Below are positions 1 through 10,072 of a stretch of DNA of 64,000 bases, piece after piece. Both the position numbers and the translations under genes were made by a program. The DNA comes from Planctomycetota bacterium (GTDB taxonomy: Bacteria; Planctomycetota; UBA1135; UBA2386), in contig JBKAGP010000001.1 in the NCBI GenBank assembly GCA_046290465.1, positions 3,744,001 to 3,808,000 of the forward strand, written 5' to 3'. The notes under the pieces are model-generated. The model was not told the DNA's origin and made no database searches. It saw only the letters and a list, made by a program, of their open reading frames with translations. Each line of letters opens with the position of its first letter. The first letter of the stretch is position 1.

Positions 1-359
1 ACGATGCCCTGGACCAGCACCAGGCAGCCGCCGAAGAACGCGGTCACCACCGCCTTGCGATCGCCGCGCCCGCCGAGCAGCAGCCACAGCCACAGGCCGA
101 GCGCGATCAGGCCGGCACTCGACGCGATCAGCCGGTGGAAGTGCTCGAAGAAGCCGGGCAGTTCGGTGTAGCTGCTCTCCGGCATCAGCTGGCCGTCCGA
201 GAGCGGCCAGTCGGCATAGGCCATGCCCGAGCCGGTGCTGGTCGTGAGCGCGCCCCACAGGATCGTGAACGTGGTCACGATCAGCATCACGACCGCGAGC
301 CGAAAGGGCCCTCGGGTCGGGGATTCCGTCAACGCAGGCTGGGCTTCGATGGTCGTCAT
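1..359 (-). CDS. ctaA: Heme A synthase (COX15/CtaA family), N-terminal part; runs off window
   Basis: Manual translation MTTIEAQ...ILWGALTTSTGSGMAYADWPLSDGQLMP...FFEHFHRLIA...VLVQGIV: the GxxxxDWP and EHxHR motifs and TM helices of CtaA. Confidence 0.8.
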   Translation of the reverse strand, partial: MTTIEAQPALTESPTRGPFRLAVVMLIVTTFTILWGALTTSTGSGMAYADWPLSDGQLMPESSYTELPGFFEHFHRLIASSAGLIALGLWLWLLLGGRGDRKAVVTAFFGGCLVLVQGI

Positions 360-433
360 GGGCCGGGTAGCCCATGAGAATGCCCGCCCAAGGACGGATT
401 TTCAGCGCCGACCCGGTCGGTCGGCAGGTTGGA

Positions 434-1255
434 TCAGCGCGTCAGCACGCGGGTCCGGGCCGGGGCGCTGCTGTCGCCGTCGAAGGCCTCCCACATCGGG
501 CGCTCGCTGTCGCTCAGGCTGCTCGAGTCGACCGTGCGGTCGATCGCCTTCTCCGGGCTGGTCTGGGCCATCGCCAGCAGGTTCTCGACCTCGACGTCGT
601 CGCCCTTGGCCAGCTTCGAAGCCGACTGCAGGTAGCCGATCGCGGCCTGCGGCTCGCCCATGCGGAGCAGGCAGACGCCCAGGTTCTTGTGCGCGGCGCG
701 GGTCGCGGCCGGCGGCACGCCGTTGCCCGGGGCCAGCGACAGCTCGGCGATGGCGCGCTGCCACAGCCGCTGCTCCATCAGCTTCTCACCGCGGTGCAGG
801 TGCGTCAGCACGGCCGTGTCGAGCTTCGGGCCGAGCTTCTGGAACTCGAGCACCTCGATCCACGGGATGTCCTGGAAGGTGTTGCGGATCACGCCCGTGC
901 ACTGGATGCGCGTGTAGAGCGGCATCGAGTAGACCTGCTCGAGTTGCTTGTTCGACTTGCTCAGGAAGAGCATGCCGAAGACGTCGTTGTAGGACTTCTC
1001 CTGCCAGATCTGCTGGTCGTCGCCCCACGCGTAGAAGTTGGTGTAGTCCGTCGGCGTGAACTTCGTGAAGAACGGGTTCGAGATGCGGCCGAGCGACGCG
1101 AACTGCGCGACGAACCTGACCTTCACGTTGTGGAAGGCGTCCGGGTTGGCGCGCATCGCCTCGATGGTCGTGCGGACAGGGGTGCCGAACTCGTTGTCCT
1201 GCGCAGGAAGCGCGGAGACGCCGATCAGGCACGAAAGAAGCAGTGCGGTTCTCAT
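434..1255 (-). CDS. Secreted hypothetical protein with C-terminal TPR
   Basis: Signal peptide MRTALLLSCLIGVSALPAQ; TPR-like AHKNLGVCLLRMGEPQAAIGYLQSA. Confidence 0.7.
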   Translation of the reverse strand: MRTALLLSCLIGVSALPAQDNEFGTPVRTTIEAMRANPDAFHNVKVRFVAQFASLGRISNPFFTKFTPTDYTNFYAWGDDQQIWQEKSYNDVFGMLFLSKSNKQLEQVYSMPLYTRIQCTGVIRNTFQDIPWIEVLEFQKLGPKLDTAVLTHLHRGEKLMEQRLWQRAIAELSLAPGNGVPPAATRAAHKNLGVCLLRMGEPQAAIGYLQSASKLAKGDDVEVENLLAMAQTSPEKAIDRTVDSSSLSDSERPMWEAFDGDSSAPARTRVLTR

Positions 1256-1299
1256 GGCGATTTCGTTTTCTCTCTCGGGTCGATTCGGGGGGGCCGCGA

Positions 1300-1473
1300 T
1301 CACTCGGTGATCCGTTCCATCAGCTTGCGCAGAGCCTCGTCCATCAACTCGTCCGGGACGTCGTCCCCCGACTTCGCCAGTTCGCGTAGGCAAGCGATGC
1401 GCTGCGCCTTGGTGAGATCTCGATGCATCAGCTCATCGACGATGCGATCGACGTCGGAGTGCGACTTGGTCAA
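1300..1473 (-). CDS. Small helical protein, weakly FlgM-like; start uncertain
   Basis: Coding-like tail LTKSHSDVDRIVDELMHRDLTKAQRIACLRELAKSGDDVPDELMDEALRKLMERITE in an otherwise spurious long ORF. Confidence 0.45.
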   Translation of the reverse strand: MTKSHSDVDRIVDELMHRDLTKAQRIACLRELAKSGDDVPDELMDEALRKLMERITE

Positions 1474-1719
1474 GTTGTGAAACCCGGGTGCGTGTAGGTG
1501 CACGGCGAGCCGTGCAGCTTGGCTATCGACCCGCGCGCCCCCTCGGCTTGACGCCCTGTTGCAGGCAATCCCAATAGGACGCACCCGGAGCTCGCGCCGC
1601 GCCGCGTCGACTCCCACCGCGCGCAACCGCCGCCCGCATGGGCCCGCCGCGCGAGTGCTTGAGAAGTCGACAGCCGGCCGACGAAGTGACGGCAACTTCG
1701 ACACACCCTGCCGAACCTG

Positions 1720-2811
1720 ATGACGATCGCCACAAACCGCCGCATCGCCGCGCTGCTGCTCGCCGGATCCACCTTCCTCGCGCCCGCGCTGGCACAGGAC
1801 GTCTACCTCAGCGAGGTGCGCGCCGACGCGACCGAGCAGTGGATCGAGATCCACAACCGCGGCACCGCGTCGCAGGACCTGTCGGACTGGACGCTGCACG
1901 CGGCGACCACGACCGCGTGGATGCCCAACAACTACTGGTGGCCGTTCCCGGCCGGCACCGTGCTCGCCCCGGGCGCCTACCTGCGCGTGCACTGGTTCGC
2001 CGACTCGCCGGCGGCGCCGGCCCCGGGCGACCTCTACACCGGCACGTCGCCGTACGGCTTCCTGTTCGGCCTCGGCGGTGAGCCGCTGTCGGGCGACGAA
2101 GGCGCCGCGGCGCTGTTCCGTTCGCAGTCCAACGGCCAGATGAACTCGTCGACGATGGTCGCCGACTGGGTCAGCTGGGGCAGCAGCGGCTTCCAGCGCG
2201 AGGTGCTCGCGGTCTCGGCCGGCCTGTGGACCACCAACCGCGCCGCCCCGGCGATCCCGACCGACCACAGCCTGGCCCGCGATCCGGACGCGATCGGTGT
2301 GACGACGTTCGCCGACGAGAGCTGGTTCCTGGACGCGACCCCGACACCGCTGATGCCGAACATCACCGGCGCGGTCATCCAGAGCTACGGTCAGGCCTGC
2401 ACGCTGCCGGGCAACCACCTGCTCGGCCTGCCCGAACTGCGCGCCACGTCGCTGCCGCTCTACGGCGCGGCCGGCTTCGGCTTCGCGCTCGACCACACGA
2501 CCGGCATCTTCGGCGAATACGTGCTGGTCGGCTTCAGCTCCGCCGCCGCCCCGCCCAACCAGCCGTCGATCCTGCCGAACTACTCGGGCGTCGGCTGCGT
2601 CGAGGCGATCAGCACGCCGGGCCTGGTGATGACGTGGCTGGTGCCCGCGACGATCCTGTCGACCGAGATCCCGATGTCGCTGGCCGGCTACCCGCCGCAA
2701 CTGATCGGCCTCGAGATGCACGTGCAGGCGCTGGTGCTCGAACTGCTGCCGGGGGTCAACCCGCCCTACCAGGGCATCAGCAACGCGCTGCGGGTGGTCG
2801 TCGGACAGTAG
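1720..2811 (+). CDS. Secreted lamin-tail-domain (LTD) protein
   Basis: Signal peptide; VYLSEV...EQWIEIHNRG...DLSDWTL...FPAGTVLAPGAYL LTD signature. Confidence 0.8.
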   Translation: MTIATNRRIAALLLAGSTFLAPALAQDVYLSEVRADATEQWIEIHNRGTASQDLSDWTLHAATTTAWMPNNYWWPFPAGTVLAPGAYLRVHWFADSPAAPAPGDLYTGTSPYGFLFGLGGEPLSGDEGAAALFRSQSNGQMNSSTMVADWVSWGSSGFQREVLAVSAGLWTTNRAAPAIPTDHSLARDPDAIGVTTFADESWFLDATPTPLMPNITGAVIQSYGQACTLPGNHLLGLPELRATSLPLYGAAGFGFALDHTTGIFGEYVLVGFSSAAAPPNQPSILPNYSGVGCVEAISTPGLVMTWLVPATILSTEIPMSLAGYPPQLIGLEMHVQALVLELLPGVNPPYQGISNALRVVVGQ

Positions 2812-2826
2812 GCCGAGGCGCCAACC

Positions 2827-3510
2827 CTACACCTCGCCGCTCTTCGCCCGTTCCTTCGCCTTGCGCTTGTGCACCGCCTCGGGCGCCTGGCCCTCGCGCC
2901 AGAGCATCGCGATGACGCTGGTGCCCCACTCGCGCAGGTCGACGTCGAGGTCGCCGTCGAAGTCGTCTTCGTCGAGCACGCCGCTCTCGAAGTGGAACAG
3001 CACGCAGCCGCCGTCCGCGGTGCGGTCGAGCAGGCGTCGCGCCCGGGCCATCGACTTGACCGGATCCTCGGCGACCATCGGATAGGGAGGGTCGAGGAAG
3101 ATCACGTCGGGCGCGACCTCGATGTCGGTCGGCGCGTCGGCGTCCTCGTCCTCACGGGCCGCCCCGAACAGCGGTCGGTGCATCAGCGGCGGGTCCCAGG
3201 CATCGGCCCGGATCACCACGGCGCGGTCCTCGGCGTCGTCGCCGAGCGAACGCAAGTTGTTCCGTAGGATATCGATGGCCTTGCCGTTCTTCTCGACGAA
3301 CAGCACCCGATCGGCCCCCCTGGACAGGGATTCCATCCCGGATGCGCCAGTTCCTGCAAAAAGGTCCCAGACGAACGCGCCCTCGATGCGGTCTCCAAGG
3401 ATGTTGAACACCGCCTCGCGGACCTGGCCCAGCAGCGGACGGGTCCCGAGGCCCCGCACCGTCTTGAGGGTCCGCCCGCCGTACTCGCCACCAATGATTC
3501 GCAGGCTCAT
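2827..3510 (-). CDS. rsmD: 16S rRNA m2G966 methyltransferase
   Basis: MSLRIIGGEYGGR, REAVFNIL, DLFAGTG, ESLSRGA and IFLDPPY motifs. Confidence 0.9.
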   Translation of the reverse strand: MSLRIIGGEYGGRTLKTVRGLGTRPLLGQVREAVFNILGDRIEGAFVWDLFAGTGASGMESLSRGADRVLFVEKNGKAIDILRNNLRSLGDDAEDRAVVIRADAWDPPLMHRPLFGAAREDEDADAPTDIEVAPDVIFLDPPYPMVAEDPVKSMARARRLLDRTADGGCVLFHFESGVLDEDDFDGDLDVDLREWGTSVIAMLWREGQAPEAVHKRKAKERAKSGEV

Positions 3511-3588
3511 GAGCCCCCAGATGGTGGCAGGCAGAACCTCCTGACGCAACTCCGACACGAACGCCGAGAAGACGATAAAAGAGGCACT

Positions 3589-5466
3589 GTGGAACCAGGC
3601 ACCCCTCTGCTGGCTCTGCGATTCGGCGGCCAGAGCCACGCGCTCGAGCCGGGTCGGGACTATCTGCTCGGTAGCGCGGACGATTGCGATCTGCGCATCG
3701 CCGACGCGGAGCCCCACCACGCCTGCCTGTCGGTCGATGCCGACGGCGCCACCATCAGCGACCTCGAGAGCGAGTCCGGCCTGCTGCACAACGAGCAGCG
3801 CGTGCCGAGCGCGACGCTGCAGGCCGGCGACCGGGTCGCGATCGCCGGCGAGTTGCTGGTGCTTGCCGTCGACGACGGCAGCGCGGCGCTGGTGCCGATC
3901 CCGGCGCTGCGACAGGCGGCGGTGCAGCGCCGCATCGCCAAGGTGCGGGTCGCGGCCGCGGCGCTGCGCCACCAGCCGCGCACGTTCGCCGAACTGGTCG
4001 GCGAGGGCCTGCGCGACGCGCCGTGGCTGGCGCTGTCGATCGTGCTGCACGCGCTGATCTTCCTGCTGCTCGCGATCTACGTGCCGCAGCGCGAGATCGG
4101 CGGCGCCAGCGTCGCGACCATCAACATCGACGTCCGGGCCGGCGCGCCGCTCGGCGACGGGCCGCCGGCGCCGCCCGAGGTGGTCGTCGAGCAGGCCGAG
4201 GACGACGTCGTCGAGGACCCGGACCCGCTCGCAGCGGAGGTCCCGATCCCGATCACCGAGGGCCCGAAGCCGATGCAGACCCAGCCGATCGAGAACCCGA
4301 CGCTGCGCACGCGCAAGCGGCCGCGCAACAGCGGCGGCGGCGGCGGCGTGGTCGCCGACGAGGGCGGCATCGGCTCCGGCAGCTTCCAGAAGAAGGTGCG
4401 GGAGCTGCAGGAGAGCGGGCTCGAGATCGTGTTCGTGTTCGACAGCACCGGCTCGATGACGCGCACGATCCAGGACACCAAGTCGACGATCGTCGAGATG
4501 TGCGGCGTGCTGCGGTCGCTGGTCCCGGACGCGCGCATCGGCCTGGTCACGTATCGCGACCGCGGCCGCAACGAGGACTACCTGGTGCGCCAGGTGCCGC
4601 TGGCGCTGGACTACTGGCGCGCCAGCAACTTCGTGCAGTTCGTCACCGCCGAGGGCGGCGGCGACCGCCCCGAGGACGTGCGCGCCGGCCTGACCGCAGC
4701 GATGCGGCAGGAGTGGCGGCCCAACGCGCAGCGCGTGATCGTGCTGGCCGGCGACGCGCCGGCGCACGCGGGCGACCTCAAGGGCATGCTCAAGGACGTG
4801 CGTCGCTTCGCGAAGAACAAGCGCTCGTTCGTGCACACGTTGATCACCAGCCCGGAGCGCGCCGGCCCGACCACGCACGACCACTTCCGGCGCATCGCCG
4901 AGTCCGGGCGCGGCGTCTGCGAACCGATCGAGAACCGCGGCCGCATCCTGCAGCGCGTGCTGACGCTGGCGTTCGGCCAGCAGTTCGACGAGGACGTCGA
5001 CATCGTCGTGCGCACCGTCGCGCACCAGCGCGACCGGGTCGACACCGCGTCGCTGCACCTGGTGCGCAAGGGCGGCCCGCAGCTGGCCGCGGCGCTGCGG
5101 CAACAGCCGGTGCCAACGACGCTGTGGAACGCGCTGGTTCGCAAGCCGCGCGAGCCGGTCGCGATGGTGCTGATCGACCTGCTCGCCGACAAGCGAACGC
5201 CCGAGCACACCCGGCACGCGTCGGCCGCCGCGCTGCAGCGCATCCTGCGCCTCGAGGTGCCGCCGATCGACCCGCAGACCAGCGAGCCGGCGTCGCGGCG
5301 GATGATCTCGCGGCTGCGCATCCTGGCCAAGAAGCTGCCGAACTCGGCGGCGCGGGCGCGGCCGGGCGTTCACAAGCGCGGCGCGGCTGCTATCCTCGCC
5401 GGGCCGAGATGCCCGCACTGCCCGACCGCCTGGGCCGCCCGCTGCGCAACCTGCGCCTGTCGGTGA
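3589..5466 (+). CDS. FHA-domain, single-TM, vWA-domain protein
   Basis: N-terminal FHA-like region (LLGSADDCDLRI..HHACL..DLESESG), TM segment, MIDAS motif FVFDSTGSM, GLVTYRD, GGGDRPED. Confidence 0.8.
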   Translation: MEPGTPLLALRFGGQSHALEPGRDYLLGSADDCDLRIADAEPHHACLSVDADGATISDLESESGLLHNEQRVPSATLQAGDRVAIAGELLVLAVDDGSAALVPIPALRQAAVQRRIAKVRVAAAALRHQPRTFAELVGEGLRDAPWLALSIVLHALIFLLLAIYVPQREIGGASVATINIDVRAGAPLGDGPPAPPEVVVEQAEDDVVEDPDPLAAEVPIPITEGPKPMQTQPIENPTLRTRKRPRNSGGGGGVVADEGGIGSGSFQKKVRELQESGLEIVFVFDSTGSMTRTIQDTKSTIVEMCGVLRSLVPDARIGLVTYRDRGRNEDYLVRQVPLALDYWRASNFVQFVTAEGGGDRPEDVRAGLTAAMRQEWRPNAQRVIVLAGDAPAHAGDLKGMLKDVRRFAKNKRSFVHTLITSPERAGPTTHDHFRRIAESGRGVCEPIENRGRILQRVLTLAFGQQFDEDVDIVVRTVAHQRDRVDTASLHLVRKGGPQLAAALRQQPVPTTLWNALVRKPREPVAMVLIDLLADKRTPEHTRHASAAALQRILRLEVPPIDPQTSEPASRRMISRLRILAKKLPNSAARARPGVHKRGAAAILAGPRCPHCPTAWAARCATCACR

Positions 5467-6431
5467 CGGACCGCTGCAACCTCCGCTGCCAGTACTGCAT
5501 GCCGGAGGAGGACTACACGTGGCTGCCCAAGTCGGACGTGCTGTCGTTCGAGGAGACGATGCGCGTCGTCGACCGCTTCGTCGAGATCGGCGTCGACAAG
5601 GTCCGGCTGACCGGCGGCGAGCCGCTGCTGCGCAACGAACTGCCCAAGCTGGTCGAGATGCTCGCGCAGCGGCCGCTGCAGGACCTGGCGATGACGACCA
5701 ACGGCGTGCTGCTGCGCAAGCACGCGCGCGCGCTGAAGCAGGCCGGACTGCATCGCCTGACCGTCAGCCTCGACTCGCTCGACCCGAGGACGTTTGCGAT
5801 GATGACGCGCCGCGACGACCTCGGCCGCGTGCTCGACGGCATCGAAGCCGCGCGCGAGGCCGGCTTCGTCGGCACCAAGATCGACACCGTGGCGATCGCG
5901 GACGTCAACGAAGGCGAACTGGCGAGGCTGGTGGAGTTCGGCCGTTCGGTCGACGCCGAGGTGCGCTTCATCGAGTACATGGACGTCGGCGGCGCGACCC
6001 GCTGGCGCATGGACCGGGTGATCCCGCGGCGGCGCATCCTCGAACGGCTCGGCGAGCACTTCGGCGAGATCACCGAGGTGCCGCGCACCGACAGCGCACC
6101 GGCCGAACGGTTCACGCTGCCCGACGGCACCACCTTCGGCATCATCAGTTCGGTGACGCAGCCGTTCTGCGCCAGCTGCGACCGGGCGCGCGTGACCGCC
6201 GACGGCATGTGGTTCACCTGCCTCTACGCCGAGACCGGCACCGACCTGCGCGCGCTGCTGCGATCTGGCGCCAGCGACGCGGTGCTGCGGCAGAAGCTGC
6301 TCGACGTCTGGGCCGGCCGCCGCGACCGCGGCGCCGAGGTGCGCGCCGGCATGCCGGACCGCGGCGCGCTGGCGCAGGCCGACGCGATGCGCGACAACCC
6401 GCACCTCGAGATGCACACGCGCGGCGGGTAG
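5409..6431 (+). CDS. moaA: GTP 3',8-cyclase (molybdenum cofactor biosynthesis)
   Basis: LRLSVTDRCNLRCQYCM radical SAM motif, LTGGEPLLR, FCASCDR..C, C-terminal GG. Confidence 0.95.
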   Translation: MPALPDRLGRPLRNLRLSVTDRCNLRCQYCMPEEDYTWLPKSDVLSFEETMRVVDRFVEIGVDKVRLTGGEPLLRNELPKLVEMLAQRPLQDLAMTTNGVLLRKHARALKQAGLHRLTVSLDSLDPRTFAMMTRRDDLGRVLDGIEAAREAGFVGTKIDTVAIADVNEGELARLVEFGRSVDAEVRFIEYMDVGGATRWRMDRVIPRRRILERLGEHFGEITEVPRTDSAPAERFTLPDGTTFGIISSVTQPFCASCDRARVTADGMWFTCLYAETGTDLRALLRSGASDAVLRQKLLDVWAGRRDRGAEVRAGMPDRGALAQADAMRDNPHLEMHTRGG

Positions 6432-6465
6432 CGCAGCGGTCCGGCCGCATTGCGTTCGCGAAGGC

Positions 6466-7155
6466 CTACGCCGCTGCTTCGACCGCCAGTTCGGGGAGCA
6501 GGCGCCAGAGCAGCTGCTGCGCCGCGTTGCGGATCGCGCCGTAGTATTCGAGGGCCGTGCCCCACCAGGCGGTCTTGGTGCCGTAGCCGTGCAGGGACAG
6601 CGTGCGGGTGGCCGAGCCGGAGACCAGCTCGACGTCGACGACGAGGTGCGACTTGGTCGTCATGTAGAGGTCGACATCGACGTGGCGCACGACCGCGCGA
6701 ACGGTGACGTCGGCCGCCTCGCGGGTCGCGACGACCTCACCGCCCTGGCCGACGATCTCGAGGCGCAGCATCTCGGCGAACCACGCGGCAGGATCGTCGC
6801 GCGTCACCACGTCCGCGGTCGTCATGCCGAAGCCGTTGCGCACGTAGCCGATCACCAGCGGTTCGCCGGCCGCGTCCTGTTGCGCCTTCAGGTGCTCGGC
6901 CCACTGTCGCTCCGCGGCATCGCTGAAGCCGCGATACTCGTAGCCGTCGGGCGTCGCATCGGGCTCGCCGCCACTCCAGCCGCGCTGTTCGCCCGGGGCA
7001 TACTCGACCGACTCGATGCAGACCTTGCGGCCGGCGAGCCCTGGCGCGTGCCGTTCGGGCAGCGACGCCTCGTATTCGGCCAGCGCCAGCGGCTGGTCGG
7101 AGAACGCACACGACGTACACAGAGACAACGCGAGGATCCCGAGCAGGCGCTTCAT
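6466..7155 (-). CDS. Putative lipoprotein (YajG-like)
   Basis: Lipobox-like LSLCTSC; IGYVRNGFGMTTADV. Confidence 0.55.
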   Translation of the reverse strand: MKRLLGILALSLCTSCAFSDQPLALAEYEASLPERHAPGLAGRKVCIESVEYAPGEQRGWSGGEPDATPDGYEYRGFSDAAERQWAEHLKAQQDAAGEPLVIGYVRNGFGMTTADVVTRDDPAAWFAEMLRLEIVGQGGEVVATREAADVTVRAVVRHVDVDLYMTTKSHLVVDVELVSGSATRTLSLHGYGTKTAWWGTALEYYGAIRNAAQQLLWRLLPELAVEAAA

Positions 7156-7232
7156 GGCTGCGGAAATAGACGTGACCGCGTTCGTTGCCAAGCCCCTTCG
7201 CGCCGGCCGGGCGCACCTTCATCATGCGCACG

Positions 7233-8063
7233 ATGGCCAGACGCCTGCTTCCGCTCGCGCCGCTGCTGCTCGCCGCGTGTGCAACCCCCGACGTCGAACA
7301 CACCTATCCGGTGCTGATCTTCCCGCGAACGGTCGGCTTCGACGGCAAGCTGGTCACGCCCGTGGGTCGCGTGACCAAGGGCTGGATCGACCACGCGAAG
7401 TCGCCGGAGACCGACCTGGTGCAGTTCTGGCTGCGCGAGTCGTTCTACGTCGGCGACTGGGCGTGGCACCCGTTCTTCCTCGCGTACGACCACCAGCAGA
7501 ACCGCTGGGAACAGTGGGAGGTATGGGCCGGTGACCAGTTCGGCTACTACTCCGAGGAGCGCCAGCAGACGCTGCGCAGCACCGGCAGCGAAGACGTCGA
7601 GGTGCCGTTCGCGCACAACCAGACCGGCGCGGTGCGCAACTGGGCGCCGATGACCTACATCGACGAACGTCCGAGCGAGGCGCTCGCCGCCGAGTTCACC
7701 GGCGCCGACGCGCGACGCCTGATCGAGGTGCTGCGGCGCCCGAAGGACTACCCGCACCACGACGGCTACCTGATCTGGCCCGGCCCCAACAGCAACGGCT
7801 ACGCGCGCTGGGTGCTCGCCGAGGCCGGGGTGTCGGTCGACCTCGACCCGAAGATGATCGGCAAGGACTGGCTCGGGCCGCTGGGCATCTCGGCCGGCCT
7901 GACGCCGACGCGCACCGGCCTGCACGTCGACGCCCTGTCGCTCGGCGTCGCGATCGGGCTGCTCGACGGCATCGAACTGCACCTGCTCGGCGCGACCTTC
8001 GGCGTCGACCTGTGGCCGCCGGCGCTGAAGACGCCGTTCGGCCGGCTCGGCTTCGCCGAGTGA
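7233..8063 (+). CDS. DUF3750-like lipoprotein
   Basis: Lipobox LLAAC; YLIWPGPNSNGY and IGKDW motifs. Confidence 0.7.
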   Translation: MARRLLPLAPLLLAACATPDVEHTYPVLIFPRTVGFDGKLVTPVGRVTKGWIDHAKSPETDLVQFWLRESFYVGDWAWHPFFLAYDHQQNRWEQWEVWAGDQFGYYSEERQQTLRSTGSEDVEVPFAHNQTGAVRNWAPMTYIDERPSEALAAEFTGADARRLIEVLRRPKDYPHHDGYLIWPGPNSNGYARWVLAEAGVSVDLDPKMIGKDWLGPLGISAGLTPTRTGLHVDALSLGVAIGLLDGIELHLLGATFGVDLWPPALKTPFGRLGFAE

Positions 8064-8066
8064 GCG

Positions 8067-9050
8067 CTACGCGAGCTGCTGCTGGCCGGTGCGCAGACGG
8101 TCGGCCAGCAGGTGGCAGGTCACGACCACGCTGACGATCGCCAGCGCCGGAAACAGCCACAGGTGCCAGGCGCCCTCGGCGGCGTGCTCGCTGCCCTGGC
8201 GCAGCATCGTGCCCCACGAGCTGACCGCGTTGGGGCCGATGCCGAGGAACGACAGCGTCGACTCGGCGACGATCGCCGCGGCCAGACAGAACGCCGCGGT
8301 CACCCCGACCTGGCTCAGCAGCTGCGGCAGCAGGTGGCGCACGATCAGCTTCCAGGTCGGCACGCCGAGGCCGCGCGCGACCATCACGAAGTCCCGTTCG
8401 CGCAGCGACAGCAGTTCGCCGCGCACGATCCGCGCGAAGCTCATCCAGAACAACAGCGCCATCGCGAGGCTCAGCCCGACCGCCGACGAGCCGAAGAACG
8501 CGGCCGAGAACAGCAGGAACAGCATGCTCGGAAAGCACACGAACAGCTCGATCAGGCGCTGCACCAGCACGTCGACCACGCCGCGCGCGTAGCCGGCCCA
8601 GATCCCGAGCAGGGTGCCGACGAACATCGCGAGCAACACCGCGGGCAGGCCGATGCCGACTGCCGTGCCGGCACCGTGCACGATCCGCGCCAGCACGTCG
8701 CGACCGGTGTCGTCGCTGCCCAACGGGTGCGCTCCGGTCGGGCCTTCCTGGAAGCGCGACGCGTCGGTCTCGAGCGGCCCGTAGGGCCACGGCGGCATCC
8801 AGGCCCAGTCGTCGCCGTCGCCGTCCAGCCGCGACCACCACTGCTTCCAGCTCAGGTCGTCCGGACCGGGCGGCGGGTCTCCGACCAGGTCGGCGAACGC
8901 CGGCCAGCTCAGTTCGCCGTCGACCTCGGCGACCAGCGGCACGTCGTTGGCGACGATCGGCGCCAGCATGCCGACGAGCAGCACCACCGCGACGAACGTC
9001 CACGGCAGCCAGCGGCGCACGCGGCCGCGTCTGTCGTTGGCGCCGCTCAA
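8067..9050 (-). CDS. Peptide ABC transporter permease (OppC/DppC)
   Basis: HPLGSDDTGRDVLARI, EAA-like loop, ESTLSFLGIG; TTG start overlaps the upstream stop (TTGA). Confidence 0.9.
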   Translation of the reverse strand: MSGANDRRGRVRRWLPWTFVAVVLLVGMLAPIVANDVPLVAEVDGELSWPAFADLVGDPPPGPDDLSWKQWWSRLDGDGDDWAWMPPWPYGPLETDASRFQEGPTGAHPLGSDDTGRDVLARIVHGAGTAVGIGLPAVLLAMFVGTLLGIWAGYARGVVDVLVQRLIELFVCFPSMLFLLFSAAFFGSSAVGLSLAMALLFWMSFARIVRGELLSLRERDFVMVARGLGVPTWKLIVRHLLPQLLSQVGVTAAFCLAAAIVAESTLSFLGIGPNAVSSWGTMLRQGSEHAAEGAWHLWLFPALAIVSVVVTCHLLADRLRTGQQQLA

Positions 9051-10066
9051 TCCGTCAGCCTCACGCGCGCGTCGACCAGCCGGTGCAGCACGTCGGACAA
9101 CAGCAGCGCCAGCAGCGTGACCACCGACGTCAGCAGCACCAGCGCCATCACCATCGCCTGGTCGAGCCCGACGACGGCGGCGAACGCCAGGTGGCCGAGG
9201 CCGTCCAGCGCGAACAGGTTCTCGACCACGATCGAGCCGCCGACGAGCATCGGCAGCAGCCCGCCGGCGAGGGTCGCGACCGGCGTCGCGCCGTGGCGCA
9301 GCAGGCGGCGGCCGACGACGCGCCGGTCGACGCCGAGCGCGCGCAGGCTGGTCATGAACGGCGCCACCGACGCGCGCGCCACCGCGTCGCGCACGAAGCG
9401 CGTCACCATCACCAGCGGCCCGATCGTCATCACCAGCACCGGCAGCGTCAGGTGGTGCACGAAGTCCAGCAGCTGCCAGAAGAACGTCCACTGCTCGGCG
9501 CCGTTGGAGCGCAGCCCGCTGATCGGAAACCACTGCACCCACAGTACGCTGAACGCGAGCAGCAGCAGCGTCGCCATCAGGAACTCCGGCACGCCGGCGA
9601 GCATCAGCATCGCGACCGACCAGAACCGTTCGCGGCGGCGACCGGCGCGACGTCCGAGCCAGACCCCGAGCGGCAGCCCGACGCCGACCGCCAGCAGCAT
9701 GCTGAGCCCGCCGAGCAGCATCGTCACCGGCACCGCCTCGCCGAGCCGCCGCCACAGCGCGCGGTTGTCCTCACCGGGGCCGGCCAGTTGCAGGGTCGCG
9801 GCGTTGCCCAGCCACGCGGCGTAGCGCCGCCACAGCGGGTACGGTTCGAGCGTCTCCGCGTCGATCAGGCCGTAGCGGATGCGCAGCCGCTGCACCGCTT
9901 CGTCGCGTCGCTTCGCGTCCGCGTACGAACCCGACTCCGACGCCACGGTCGCCTCGATCTCGGCGCGGTCGATCGGCGACCGGTCGAGCACGAAGAACGT
10001 GACGAAGGTGACGCCGAGCAGCGTCAGCATCAGCCACAGCAGGCGGATCAGGAACCAGCGCCCCAT
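9047..10066 (-). CDS. Peptide ABC transporter permease (OppB/DppB)
   Basis: IRLLWLMLTLLGVTFVTF, HLTLPV, GGSIVVENLF. Confidence 0.9.
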   Translation of the reverse strand: MGRWFLIRLLWLMLTLLGVTFVTFFVLDRSPIDRAEIEATVASESGSYADAKRRDEAVQRLRIRYGLIDAETLEPYPLWRRYAAWLGNAATLQLAGPGEDNRALWRRLGEAVPVTMLLGGLSMLLAVGVGLPLGVWLGRRAGRRRERFWSVAMLMLAGVPEFLMATLLLLAFSVLWVQWFPISGLRSNGAEQWTFFWQLLDFVHHLTLPVLVMTIGPLVMVTRFVRDAVARASVAPFMTSLRALGVDRRVVGRRLLRHGATPVATLAGGLLPMLVGGSIVVENLFALDGLGHLAFAAVVGLDQAMVMALVLLTSVVTLLALLLSDVLHRLVDARVRLTD

Positions 10067-10072
10067 CGCTTC

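Noticed and set aside
5409..5466. 58-bp overlap of the vWA gene with moaA, giving a Cys-rich tail (CPHC...CATC)
   Set aside because: The tail is just the alternate frame of the moaA start and most likely reflects a drifted stop codon, not a zinc finger.
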